From Malacoraja senta (taxonomy: Eukaryota), in the NCBI GenBank assembly GCA_038087875.1, contig CM075995.1:2544001-2608000 (forward strand): a stretch of 64,000 bases of DNA, read 5' to 3'. Under the pieces are notes generated by a model, which searched no databases, was not told where the DNA came from, and was given only the letters and a program-made list of their open reading frames with translations. Shown here piece by piece: positions 50,101 through 62,349 of this stretch. A program made the position numbers and the translations under genes. Position 1 is the first letter of the stretch, and each line of letters opens with the position of its first letter.

Positions 50101-52589
50101 TGTTCGGCCCTTCGAGCCAGCACCGCCATTCAATGTGATCATGGCTGATGGTTTGACAGGCTGATTCATGGCTGATAGGACAGGTTTGGAGGGATTTGGA
50201 CCAAGCACAGGCAGGTGGGACTAGTGTAGATGGGACATGTTGGCCGGTGTGGGCAAGCTGGGCTGAAGGACCTGTTTCCATGATGTATCACTCTATGACT
50301 CTATTTAAACGATCACTGAGTCAAGAAGGAAACAATAGCAACTGGCAAACGGGCAGACTTTTTCTTGTATAAAATACCGAGTCATTATTTTACACTACTA
50401 GCGATGGCGTGATGTTAATCATTAGTGAACTAAATGGGTTACTTCAATGAAATCAGTGACAGACCTGTGCTCCTTCTAAAGTCCTGGATCAAATGTTCGA
50501 TCCATCGTAGCGTGTATTTAATAGGGTCCCAGGAGCCTATTACAGTAAATGCATTTCAAATTGTATTTTTTGGATTCATTTATACCTGGCTGATAAATCC
50601 AAAGCTGTCTAATCAAGGTCTCGGGATGAAATACTGATGCTACTTCTGACTCAATCAAAACATTGAAGTTTCTTTTCAGCACTTGCAAATTTATTAAAAA
50701 GAGCAGCTGTTCTCTTGCCTATAATGAATATATTTCACAATTTGCTGTGGCTTCAAAACTCACCCAGCGAAGCAGTGAACTTTAACATATTCACATCAAA
50801 AGAGCTTTATCCACTTTTTACTGGGGCTTCGCTGAGGTTTATGATGGGATTTTTACGAATTAAATTGAACGATTAGAGCAAAAGAAGTCATAACAATTCT
50901 CGAAACTTCATTTCCATATGTTGTAAAATACCTCCCACCTGGCCTGTACATTGAAGACTACGACAACTCTAAATAAATCTACAACATTCAGCACAGCACA
51001 ATGCAAACAAAATGCTGGTGAGATCGGAGCAGCTGGTAGAGCTGCTGCCTGACAGAGCCAGAGACCAGGGTACAATCTTGGCCTCGAGTGCAGTTTGAAC
51101 GTTTTCCCTGAGACTGTGTCGGTTTCCTCTGACTGCTCCGGTTTCGTCCCCCTCCATCCTAAAGAAGTGCAGGTTAACTGGCTGTTGTAAATTGTCCCCA
51201 GTGTGTAGATGGGTGGTAGAATCTGGGGGGGGGGGGAAATTGTTAACAATATGAAGAGAATAAAGTTGGATTAGATTACTGTAGGAGTGGTGTAAATGGG
51301 TGGTTGATGGTCAGTGTGGCATACATAGATACATAGAATAGATACATAGAAATTAGGTGCAGGAGTAGGCCATTCGGCCCTTCGAGCCTGCACCGCCATT
51401 CAATACGATCATGGCTGATCATCCAACTCAGTATCCCGTACCTGCCTTCTCTCCATACCCCCTGATCCCTTTAGCCACAAGGGCCACATCTAATTCCCTC
51501 TTAAATATAGCCGTGCTGTATCTCCCCATCCAAATACATATTTGATCAAATCTTCACCTTTTGTTCTGCTCACCTCTATCAGTTCTGAGCAAATTTTCAA
51601 AATCCACTGTTGTGTTACATAAGTGATAGGAGCAGAATTAGGACGTTCGGCCCATCAATTCTACTCCGCTATTCCATCACGGTTGATCTATCTCTTCCTC
51701 CTAACCCCATTCTCCTGCGTTCTCACTGACACTCGTACTAATCAAAAATCTACCTATCACTGCCGTAAAAATATCCATTGACATCCTCGACAGCCTTCTG
51801 TGGCAAAGAATTCCACAGATTCACCACCCTCTGACTAAAGAAAGTTCCTAAAAGAACGTCATTTAATTCTGAGGCTATGACTTCTAGTCCTAGATTCTCC
51901 CACTGGTGGAAAAATCCTCTGCACATCCACTCTATCCGAGCCTTTCACTATTTGTTAAGTTTCAATGAGGCCCCCCCTCATTCTTCTAAACTCCAACCAG
52001 TACAGGCCCAGTGCCGTCAAATGCTCATGAGTTAACCCATTCATTCCTGGGATCATTCTCGTAAACCTCCTCCGGACCCTCTCCAGAGCCAGCACCTCCT
52101 TTCTGAGATATGGTGCCCAAAATTGCTCACTATACTCCAAATGCGGCCTGACACATGCCTTACATCCCTGTTTTTGTATTCTAGCTCTTGAAATAAATGC
52201 TAGCATTGCATTTGCCTTCCTTACTAACGATTCAAATTACTACAATTGAAACTGGGTTGTAAATTGCAAATTAAGTGCACAAGGTAGTTAAGTCACGTGA
52301 TCTAGATAGCACGAACAGTTGCAGAACGACAAGCTGGTAAAAGCCATTTTAATAGATGCAATTATTAAAAGAGAACTACGACACAAAGAGCTGTCTCCGT
52401 TCTGTATATCTTGAAGATAGACTTCAAGGTGACACGACATAACATCCACATCATCCTATCAACTTTTTTTCTTTATCTTCAACATTTGTCTATTTGTTCT
52501 ACTATTCTAATGTTGCCCAACCTCCTCAACCACACTCCTATGGTGGGGAATACAGAGGAAAGACCTATAATAAGGCACGTAATATGTAA

Positions 52590-52718
52590 GGGACAAGTGT
52601 ACGCTTGAAACAAGGACTGTTCAACATAGCCGACAAAAAGCAGGCATAGCTGGGGCCCATACAAGTAAGTGCCCATGGCTACACCTTTAACTTGCAGCAA
52701 ACTGTAGCTGTGGCCCAT
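52590..52718 (-). mobile_element. Penelope-like RT fragment
   Basis: LQVKGVAMGT...LFVGYVEQSLFQAY resembles the PLE RT GxAMG motif region. Confidence 0.7.
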
Positions 52719-55700
52719 CGAGGAAGGACATTCTTGCTCTTGAGGGAGTGCAGCATAGGTTCACATGGTTAATTCCCGGGATGGCGGGACTGTCATATGT
52801 TGAGAGAATGGAGCGGCTGGGCATGTATACACTGGAATTTAAAAGGCTGAGAGGGGATCTTATTGAAACATATAAGATTATTAAGCGATTGGTCATGCTA
52901 GAGGCAGGAAACATGTTCCCAATGTTGGGGGTGTCCAGAACCAGGGGCCACAGTTTAAGAATAAGGGGTAGGCCATTTAGAACGGAGATGAGGAAAAACT
53001 TTTTTACCCAGAGAGGTGTGAATCTGTGGAATTCTCTGCCTCAGAAGGCAGTGGAGGCCGGTTCTCTGGATGCTTTCAAGAGAGAGTTAGATAGAGCACT
53101 TAAAATTAGCGGAGTCAGAAGATATGGTGAGAAGGCAGGAACGAGGTACTGAATGTGGAGGATCAGCTATGATCACAGTGAAAGGCGGTGCTGGCTCAAA
53201 GGGCTGAATGGCCTACTACTGCACCTATTGTCTATTGAGTGTCCATGGCTACCCCTTTAACTTTAACACTTTTTCTCTTACAGCTTCAATTATGCCAATT
53301 GATACAACGTATCTGACCAGTTTATTTTAGTTTGCAGATACAGAAACAGGGCCTTTCAAGTCGTTCATTTGTCACATACGCATACGAGATGTGCAGTGAA
53401 ATGAAAAGTGGCAATGCCTGCGGAATGTGCAAAAAATTACAAAAACAGAATAGAACAGAATCAGAAATTACATATTGGTGGGACAAAAAAACAGCAATTT
53501 TAAAAAGACACACTCAACAGTAGAGATGAGGTCCTCCGAGTCCATTCCAACCAGTCATCCCCGTACACTAGCACTATCCTACACCCTCGGGACAACTGAC
53601 AAATCTTACTGAAGCCAATTAACCTACAGACTTGTACGTCTTGCAGGAGTAGGAATGTGGGAGGAAACCGGAAAATCCAGAGGAAACCCATGCGGTCACG
53701 GAGAGAACGTAGAAACTCCGTACAGCATCCATAGTTGGGATCGAACCCGGTTCTCTGGCGCTGTAAGGCAGCCAATCTACCGCTGCATCACCGTGCCACC
53801 TCTACCTTTGGCAAAGTTAATTTGACTTTTTTTTTCTACTTCAGCAAAAGAAATTAACAGTTAAACTGAAGATAATGCAATGGTCCAGAATGCAATGCCC
53901 CACTGAAGATAATGCAATGGTCCAGAATGCTTAAGAGCTCAAGTTAGCTGAGCCTGAAGAAGGATCCCAACCTGAAACATCACCCATCCTTTTTCTCCGG
54001 AGTTGCTGCCTGACCCACTGAGTTACTCGAGCACTTTGTGTCTATCTTTAGCTGCAAAGAGGACTGAGTTCGTCTAGTCTGGGACCACAACTTCCTTACA
54101 GACACGGGGTGAAGGGCGTCATGTACATGAGAATCATGTATGTTGGGTTTTCATAGTAACCACATATTACTTCCAAAGTCACTCAAGAAACACAAAAGTG
54201 CAATCTCGTGCCCTGGTGAAAGCTTATAAATCAATGGAGGTTAGACACAAAATGCTGGAGCAACTCAGCGGGACAGGCAGCATCTCTGGAGAGAAGGAAT
54301 GGGTGACGTTTCGATTCGAGACCCTTCTTCAGACAATGGTTCAGCTTCAATGAAACCTTCACTTTGAATGATGGACCCCACCAGATGATAGAACATTGTT
54401 CTGTCGAGACTTTCATCTCGTGCATGGATCTGAAAGGTCAGATTCCACATCAAACCCTATTTCCCTATTTCCAAAAGTGCAGTCTGAACTGCAACCTGAG
54501 AAACATTGTCAGTGAAATGAATATAGAGTCAGTGTTGAAACAGACCCTCCAGCACAACTTGCCCACACCGACCAACATGTCCCATCTACACTAGTCCCAC
54601 TTGCCTGTGTTTGGCCCATATACCTCTAAACCTGTACTATCTATGTACCTGTCTAAATGTTTCTTAAACATTGCTATAGTCCCTGGCTCAACTACCTCCT
54701 CTGGCAGCTCGTTCCATACACCTACCACCCTTTGTGTGAAAAAGTTACCCCTCAGATTCCTATAAAAGTCTTTCTCCCCTCACCTTAAACCCATGTCCAC
54801 TGGTTCCTGATTCCCCTACTCTGGGCAAGAGACTCTGCGTCTACCCCATCTATGTGATGATTGGCTTCAATAGTGGGCGTCCTGACTGTAGCTTATGGTC
54901 TTGCAGGCCTTGCTCCCCAAAATGCAGAACGTAACAAATGGACCAAATAACCTTTCAAGCTTGCTCTACCATTATCAAGCTTCCACTTTCCTGCTTGATC
55001 CCCCTAATTTGGGTCTCCCCTATGCTTCAAAAATCTGGAGGAACTCAGAGGGTCAAGCAACAACTGGTGAACATGTGGAATTCTTTGCCACAGAAGGCTG
55101 TGGAGTCCAAGTCATTGGATATTTTTTAGGGCAGGGATAGTTAGATTCTTGATTAGTACGGGCGTCAGGGGTCATGGGGAGAAGGCAGGAGAATGGGGTT
55201 AGGAGGGAGAGATAGATCAGCCATGATTGAATAGCTGAGTAGACTTGATGGGCCGAATGGACTAATTCTACTCCTATGCCTTATAACCTTCTGACTTTAA
55301 GGTGCGGGGGGGGGAAGATTTAATAGGAACCTGAGGAGTAACTTTTTCACGCAAAGGTGGTGGGTGTATGGAGCAAGTTACCAGAGGAGGTTGATAAGGC
55401 AGGTACTATCGCAATGTTTAAGAAACATTCAGACAGGACAGGTTTGGAGGGATATGGGCCAAACGCAGGCAGGTGGGACATGTTGGCCAGTGTGAGCAGG
55501 TTGGGCCGAAGTGCCTGTTTCCACGCTGTGAGACTCTGTGACTCTATGTTGTAGAGATAATGCACAGAATATGTTTCACGTCAGGATCCTTCTTCAGGCT
55601 GAGAAAGAAGAAAGCTCCCGTCTCGAAACATCGCCTGTCCATTTCCTCCACAGATGTTGCCTGACCCGCTGAGTTCCTCCAGCGTGCTGTGTTTTGGTCA

Positions 55701-56677
55701 AGATTCCATCGCTTGATCCTCTACTTCAAAAATCTCTCCAGATCTAGGACCACAGGGAAGATATTCTTCTTCGTTTCCTTCTGAGATGTATGATCCCCCA
55801 TTCTGAAACCACGTCCCCTAATTCCTGATTCCCCAAGGAACAGATTGCATGATGATCAATGTTACTGCTGCACGGACCTTCATATGTAAGCACAGACCAA
55901 TTTATCAAGTGCATGTGGAACACAGATCCCTGTGGATGATCAATTCATTGTTTCAAGCAATTGCATAGTCCATTAAAATCGTGCTCAATACAACAGAATT
56001 TTAAGGTATTTTTAAAACTTTAATTTTGCAGTGCAACCAGTAACCTCTATTTTACAATATAATTTGTGATCTTAGCATTTGTCACAAATATTATATTCAA
56101 ATTATTCACAATTAATGTACATCCAGATATATTTGCTAACAGCTCTAATATCAGATCCTAGCTTTTCATTCCCCTGTGGCAAAACAGAATTTAGCATGAT
56201 GAACATCAGTAGGATATCGCAGGCAAACGCTCCGTAATTATTCAAGAGACAGCTGCTTCCTGCGATCGTAATTTCTTTGCAAAGCTGAATGATTTCCCTC
56301 ATCCGAAAATGTATCTTTGAACCATCACAGATATAAATTAACCTAGGATTTGCCTAATGAACAGGCCTGTATATACAACAGAATAAATGTCCTTCAACTT
56401 ATGAGTTACAACTTTGAGATGTTGTTCTAAATCGCAACTTCAAATATTGGCCTCTTCACTGAGAAACATACATTTTTCACTAGCAAAGGCGATAAACTTA
56501 ACATTTAAACTGAGAAACACCACAGCTTGGAGAAGGGAGAAATGGCAATATATTAGTTAGTTTAGTTTAGTTTAGAGATACAGCGCGGAAACAGGCCCGT
56601 CGACCCACCGATTCCGCACCGACCAGCGATCTCCACATTAAAACAAGCCCACACACACGAGGGACAATTTACACTTA

Positions 56678-58296
56678 CAGTGGCTTGCAAAAGTTTTCAT
56701 ATCCCTTGAACTTTTCCACATTTTGTCACGTTACAACCACAAACGTAAATGTATTTTATTGGGATTTTATGTGATAGACCAACACAAAGTGGTGCATAAT
56801 TGTGAAGTGGAAGGAAAATGATACATGGTTTTCAAATTTTTTTACAAATAAAAAACTGAAAAGTGTCGCGTGCAAAAGTATTCAGCCCCCCTGAGTCAAT
56901 ACTTTGTAGAACCACCTTTCGCTGCAATTACAGCTGCAAGTCTTTTGGGGTATGTCTCTACCAGCTTTGCACATCTAGAGACTGACATTTTTGCCCATTC
57001 TTCTTTGCAAAATAGCTCAAGCTCAGTCAGATTGGATGGAGAGCGTCTGTGAACAGCAATTTTCAAGTCTTGCCAGAGATTCTCAATTGGATTTAGGTCT
57101 GGACTTTGACTGGGCCATTCTAACACATGAATATGCTTTGATCTAAACCATTCCATTGTCGCTCTGGCTGTATGTTTAGGGTCGTTGTCCTGCTGGAAGG
57201 TGAACCTCCGCCCCAGTCTCAAGTCTTTTGCAGACTCTTAACAGGTTTTCTTCCAAGATTGCCCTGTATTTGGCTCCATCCATCTTCCCATCAAGTCTGA
57301 CCAGCTTCTCTGTCCCTGCTGAAGAAAAGCATCCCCACAGCATGATGCTGCCACCACCATGTTTCACAGTGGGGATGGTGTGTTCAGGGTGATGTGCAGT
57401 GTTAGGGTTCCGCCACACATAGCGTTTTGCATTTAGGCCAAAAACTTCAATTTTGGTCTCATCTGACCAGAGCACCTTCCTCCACATGTTTTCTGTGTCC
57501 CCCACATGGCTTGTGGCAAACTGCAAACGGGACTTCTTATGGCTTTTTTTCAACAATGGCTTTCTTCTTGCCACTCTTCCATAAAGGTCTGATTTGTGGA
57601 GTGCACGACTAATAGTTGTCCTGTGGACAGATTCTCCCACCTGAGCTGTGGATCTCTGCAGCTCCTCCAGAGTTACCATGGGCCTCTTGGCTGCTTCTCT
57701 GATCAATGCCCTCCTTGCCTGGCCTGTCAGTTTAGGTGGACGGCCATGTCTTGGTAGGTTTGCAGTTGTGCCATACTCTTTCCATTTTCGGATGATGGAT
57801 TGAACAGTGCTCCGTGAGATGTTCAAGGCTTGGGATATTTTTTTTATAACCTAACCCTGCTTTAAACTTCTCCACAACTTTATCCCTGACCTGTCTGGTG
57901 TGTTCCTTGGGCTTCGTGATGTTGTTTGTTCACTAATGTTCTCTAACAAACCTCTGAGGCCTTCACAGAACAGCTGTATTTATACTGAGATTAGATTACA
58001 CACAAGTGGACTCTATTTACTAATTAGGTGACTTCTGAAGGCAATTGGTTGCACTGGATTTTATTTAGGGGTATCAGAGTAAAGGGGGCTGAATACTTTT
58101 GCACGCGACACTTTTCAGTTTTTTATTTGTAAAAAGGTTTGAAAACCATGTATCATTTTCCTTCCACTTCACAATTATGCGCCACTTTGTGTTGGTCTAT
58201 CACATAAAATCCCAATAAAATACATTTACGTTTGTGGTTGTAACGTGACAAAATGTGGAAAAGTTCAAGGGGTATGAATACTTTTGCAAGCCACTG
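56678..58296 (-). mobile_element. Full-length Tc1 DNA transposon (Passport-like, IR/DR type), inserted in a V-SINE (56555-56677 and 58297-58511)
   Basis: About 213-bp TIRs (56678-56890 and 58084-58296) starting CAGTGGCTTGCAAAAGT; TA TSD; 1619 bp. Confidence 0.96.
56896..57917 (-). pseudogene. Tc1 DD34E transposase with ATG>ACG start and two +1 frameshifts
   Basis: KPKEHTRQVRDKVVEKFKAGLGYKK...GRPPK...WSDETK...QQDNDPKH...[11 protein letters not shown]; 34 residues between the second D and E. Confidence 0.93.
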
Positions 58297-58626
58297 TATA
58301 CCAAGTATACAAACCCAAGCCAATTAACCTACAAACCTGGACGTCTTTGAAGTGTGGGAGGAAACCGAAGATCTCGGAGAAAACAAACGTGGTCACGGGT
58401 AGATCGTACAAACTCCGTACAGACAGCAGCCGTAGTCGTAATCGAACCCGGATCTCCGGCGCTGCAAGCACTGCAAGGCAGCAACTCTACCACTGCGCAA
58501 CCATGCCGCCCTAAGTGGATGTTTAGCATTTCAAATTCAACAGGAAGTTGCGAAGGGAACGATCTCTGCAGAGGGCGGAAAGGGGTGGAGATGGGAAAAC
58601 TGTTCGCTTTGCAAATCCCTGGTTAA

Positions 58627-59388
58627 TGTCCCTTCCCACCCAAACCACCCCCTCCCTAGTTACCTTCCCCTGCAACCGCAGGAGATGCAACACCTGTCCC
58701 TATATCTCCTCCCTCGACACTGTCCAGGGACCTCGACAGTCCTTTCACGTTAGGCAGAGGTTCACTTGCACCTCCTCCAACCTCATCTACTGCATCTGTT
58801 GTTCAAGATGTGGACTCTTATACATCGGCGAGACCAAATGTAGACTGGGCGATTGTTTCGCTTCGTTTAGTCCGCCTGGACCCACCTGATCACCTGGTCG
58901 CTAAACACTTTAATTCCCCTTCCCATTCCCACACTGACCTTTCTGTCCGAGGCCTCCTCCATTGTCAGAGTGAGGCTAATCGCAAATTGTAGGAACAGCA
59001 TCTCATATTTCGCTCGGACAGCTTACAACCAGTGGTATGAATATTGATTTCTCTAACTTCAAGTAACCCCTGCACTCCCTCTCTCTCCATCCCTCCCTCC
59101 CCAACCCAATGCGCACCAGGTTCCCGTTCTCACCCAGCAAACAGCTAACAATGGCCTGTTTCCTTTATCATCATTACTTTTTTGCATATCTTTCATTCAT
59201 TTGTTCTATGTTTCTCCACATCACTGTCTATATCCCTCATTTTCCTTTCCCCTGACTGGTCTGAAGATGGGTCTTGACCCGAAACATCATCCATTCCTTT
59301 TCTCCAGAGATGCTGCCTGTCCCGCTGAGTTACTCAGCATTTTGTGTCTATCTTAGTTTTAAACTAGCATCTATAGTTCCTTCCTACT
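58627..59388 (+). mobile_element. Penelope-like element 3' part: degenerate GIY-YIG endonuclease plus pLTR with hammerhead motif (about 59258-59292)
   Basis: PCNRRRCNTCP...FTCTSSNLIYCICCSRCGLLYIGETK...VAKHFN; ggtctgaagatgggtcttgacccgaaacatc. Confidence 0.9.
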
Positions 59389-59874
59389 GAAAACCTGTGT
59401 ACTTTAATACTCATATTGATCGAGTCAAAGCAATCATTCTATTTGTTCAATACCACCCCATTTCTATGGATCCAAAGTGGTTGTGCTGATCTTCAACTGA
59501 ACTTAATGCAGTAAGAGCCACAATTTACAAAGTAAGGAACAGAGTTAACGACGAGAGACAGATTAGATTATTACCATGGAACTCAAATTTGAAATACATG
59601 ATTCAACATTTTTATGCAAAGTGGGAGAATTTCTTCTTCCTACAAATTGCTTAAATCTGTACTTGGAGTAATGATACAGTAAAATGAATGTGTATGATCA
59701 TAAATGTAAAATGGAACAATGTCATTAGCCAATGTTATTTCAAGTAACTGCTTCTTCTTTTTCCATTCTATTCAAAACTACTTTTTGATGATTTGAGAAT
59801 GATAACCTGGTACGTTTTTTCTTATTCTTGAAGCTAAACATGTGATTATCATCAAAAAGAAGCAATCTTAATAA

Positions 59875-60513
59875 GTGTACAAACGGCGGAAGCTCCCAGA
59901 GGGCCGCAGACTGCACCCAGGAGTCCCGTGCAACCTGTTTCGCTCGCGGTTCACAGACTCGCCAGCCGCCTGCCACTTTTGCGGGCTGGAAGAGTCTGTG
60001 TTCCACGTCGATATGGAGTGTGTGAGGTTGCAGCCCCTGTTCCAATATCTAAAGGGGCTGCTCCTTGCCTTTTGGCTGAACTTCACACCCACCATCCTCA
60101 TCTTTGGATCCTGTACGTAGGGGAGAGTGTAGGGCCGAGGATATCCTGGTTGGGTTGCTCCGGCCTGGCCGTGAGTCACGGCGCCAGGCGGAAGAGGGCT
60201 CTGCCTGAGCCGGCTGCCTGCCCCATTTCTGGGGTTATGTCCGTGCCCGGGTAATAATAGAAAGGGACTATGCGCGGTACACAGGCGCCCTGGGGGATTT
60301 CCGGGACCGCTGGGCACCACGGGGGGTGGAATGTATCCTCGATAAGGATGGAGAAATAGTTATTTAATATTTAGACTATAGACAATAGACAATTCGGCCC
60401 TTCGATCCACCACCACCAATATTTAAGAATATTTGTTTATTTTGTATTATGGTGGTGGGTTTGTTTGTATTTTTGTGTGTATTTTTGAAAATAGTTGATT
60501 AAAATTATAAAAA
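59875..60513 (+). mobile_element. Tx1/L1-clade LINE 3' fragment (zf-RVT region)
   Basis: RLHPGVPCN...CHFCGLEESVFHVDMECVRLQPLF (CxxC..E...H...C); T-rich UTR and A-rich tail. Confidence 0.75.
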
Positions 60514-60519
60514 CAGGGA

Positions 60520-61030
60520 GATGCTGCTGACCCGGCACCCTGTGGCTGAACGCAAGACCCGGCGGACAGCGGCCTGCAGGGGGAGCCGCCGAGCTCGTCC
60601 CCCGAAGACCAGAGACCGGGGACGATTGTAGCCGGTGATGACAACAGAATCGACGGGCGAGGAGCGAGGCCGGTGGTGGAGGAGAGGGAACCGGGCTCTG
60701 GCCTACCACGCCTTCGAGGTCGGCTGCAGGAGGCGGACCCGGTGCACAAAGGTGGACGGGCGAGGAGAGAGACACGTGTTCGCTGGTCGATCCAGACGTC
60801 CAAGGAGGCCCGCAGCAGCCTAGGGCTCGCCAGGAACGGGCACCGCTCAAAACAAGTAAAGCGTGGACTGGTCTTTGAAAACATGCAAGAGGCACCATGT
60901 TTTGGCGCCTCTTGCATACGGGATCAGTGGACTATTTCTGTACACTTGCTAATCGGGGATGTGCTTGGGTATAGGAACACTCGACTGGACTGTTTGCAAG
61001 TAAGAATTTCATTGTTCTATCTGGGACATG
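60520..61030 (+). mobile_element. CpG-rich non-coding element ending in a Rex1-type tail
   Basis: Ends agaatttcattgttctatctgggacatgtgacaataaa, as in the Rex1 copies near 26940 and 32760. Confidence 0.55.
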
Positions 61031-61243
61031 TGACAATAAAACACTCTTGACTCTCTCTCTCCCACAAAAATAATTTCACGGTGTATTTGTACTTCACACG
61101 AGTGACAATAAAAGCATCATTGAACCTATGGATGGCCTAATTTACTGATTTTTAAAGAGCTATACAAAACTATTTAACATTAGTACACGCTCAACAAAAT
61201 GCTAGCAAATATTGATATGAAAAGTTTCCCCCAAAAATGCCAA

Positions 61244-61993
61244 CTAGTGTCTCTGCATTAAATAAAATAACACATTTTGAAAATTCAGTGTGTGGGTGGG
61301 GGGGAAGGGGTGTGTGGGGGACGAGTGGGTGCAGGGGAGGAGGTGGTGGGGTGTGGGGAAGGGGGGGTGGGGGATGGGGGGTGTGGGGAAGGGGGTGTGT
61401 GGGGAAAGGGGGTGTGTGGGGAAACGGAGGGGTGTGGGGGAGGGGAAAGGGAGGGGTGTGGGGGAGGGGTGGGTGTGGGGTGTGGGGAAGGGGGGTATGG
61501 GGAGGGGGGGTGGGTCTGGGGAAGGGTGGGTGTGGTGAAGGGGGGGTGGGGATGGGGGAGCTCGCACTCTGCTCACCCCGCAGCTTCAGCTTTCGGCCTC
61601 ACGCAGCAGATCCCGGTCCCACTCCGGCTTCACTCAGAGGCATCCGGTTCAACTAAGCAGCTGCTCACTCTGCACACTCCCCGCGGGCTGCGCGCTCCAC
61701 GCGGGCTGCACGCTCTGCGCGGGCTGCTCAACACACTCCGCCCCTTCGGCTTTTTATTCTACTCGCCGCATTATTGACAGTGGGTTCCAGAAGGGCTGTT
61801 TTTACGATTTATAAACCTTCATAACTTTTGTACTATTTCATCGATCGGAACAAAAGTTATTTGACTTGCAGCAGAGGCGAATGGTGAGTAAGGTGGCGAA
61901 AATTCGTAGCGCTATGGGGGATCGTTTTTGCGCAAATTTAATTACAACGCAGATCGGAAGTAGTCAAGATGGGAGTTTTAGTAATAGTATAGA
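61244..61993 (-). mobile_element. Non-autonomous Helitron-family element containing a G-rich low-complexity tract (61286-61560)
   Basis: Minus-strand start a|TCTATACTATTACTAAAACTCCCATCTTG aligns over about 190 bp with 45227 onward; CTAG|t at 61244-61247 but no clear hairpin, so the 3' end is uncertain. Confidence 0.65.
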
Positions 61994-62349
61994 TAGATGG
62001 GATGCAGTCAGGTGGAGCTAGTGTAGATGGGACATGTTGGTCGATGTGGGCAACTTGGACGAAGGGTCTGTTTCCACACTGTATGACTCTACGAATCAAT
62101 GTGATAATGAAAATTAATACATTTAATCAGCGTTAAAGATGCTGGGTGTGGGAAGGTGGCAGGGTTACAGAGGGACAAACTTTGTGGAGAGAAAAGATTT
62201 GTCTCCAATTAGTTAAGCAGCCAAAAAAAACTGAAAAGGTTAACAAATCAGCAGCGAGCAGCAGTCAAACAAGTAGATGGTGTCCAAAAATATGACATTG
62301 AAGATGAAATGGGGTGTATCAAAGAAGTTATTTGGTTAAATGCAGATAT

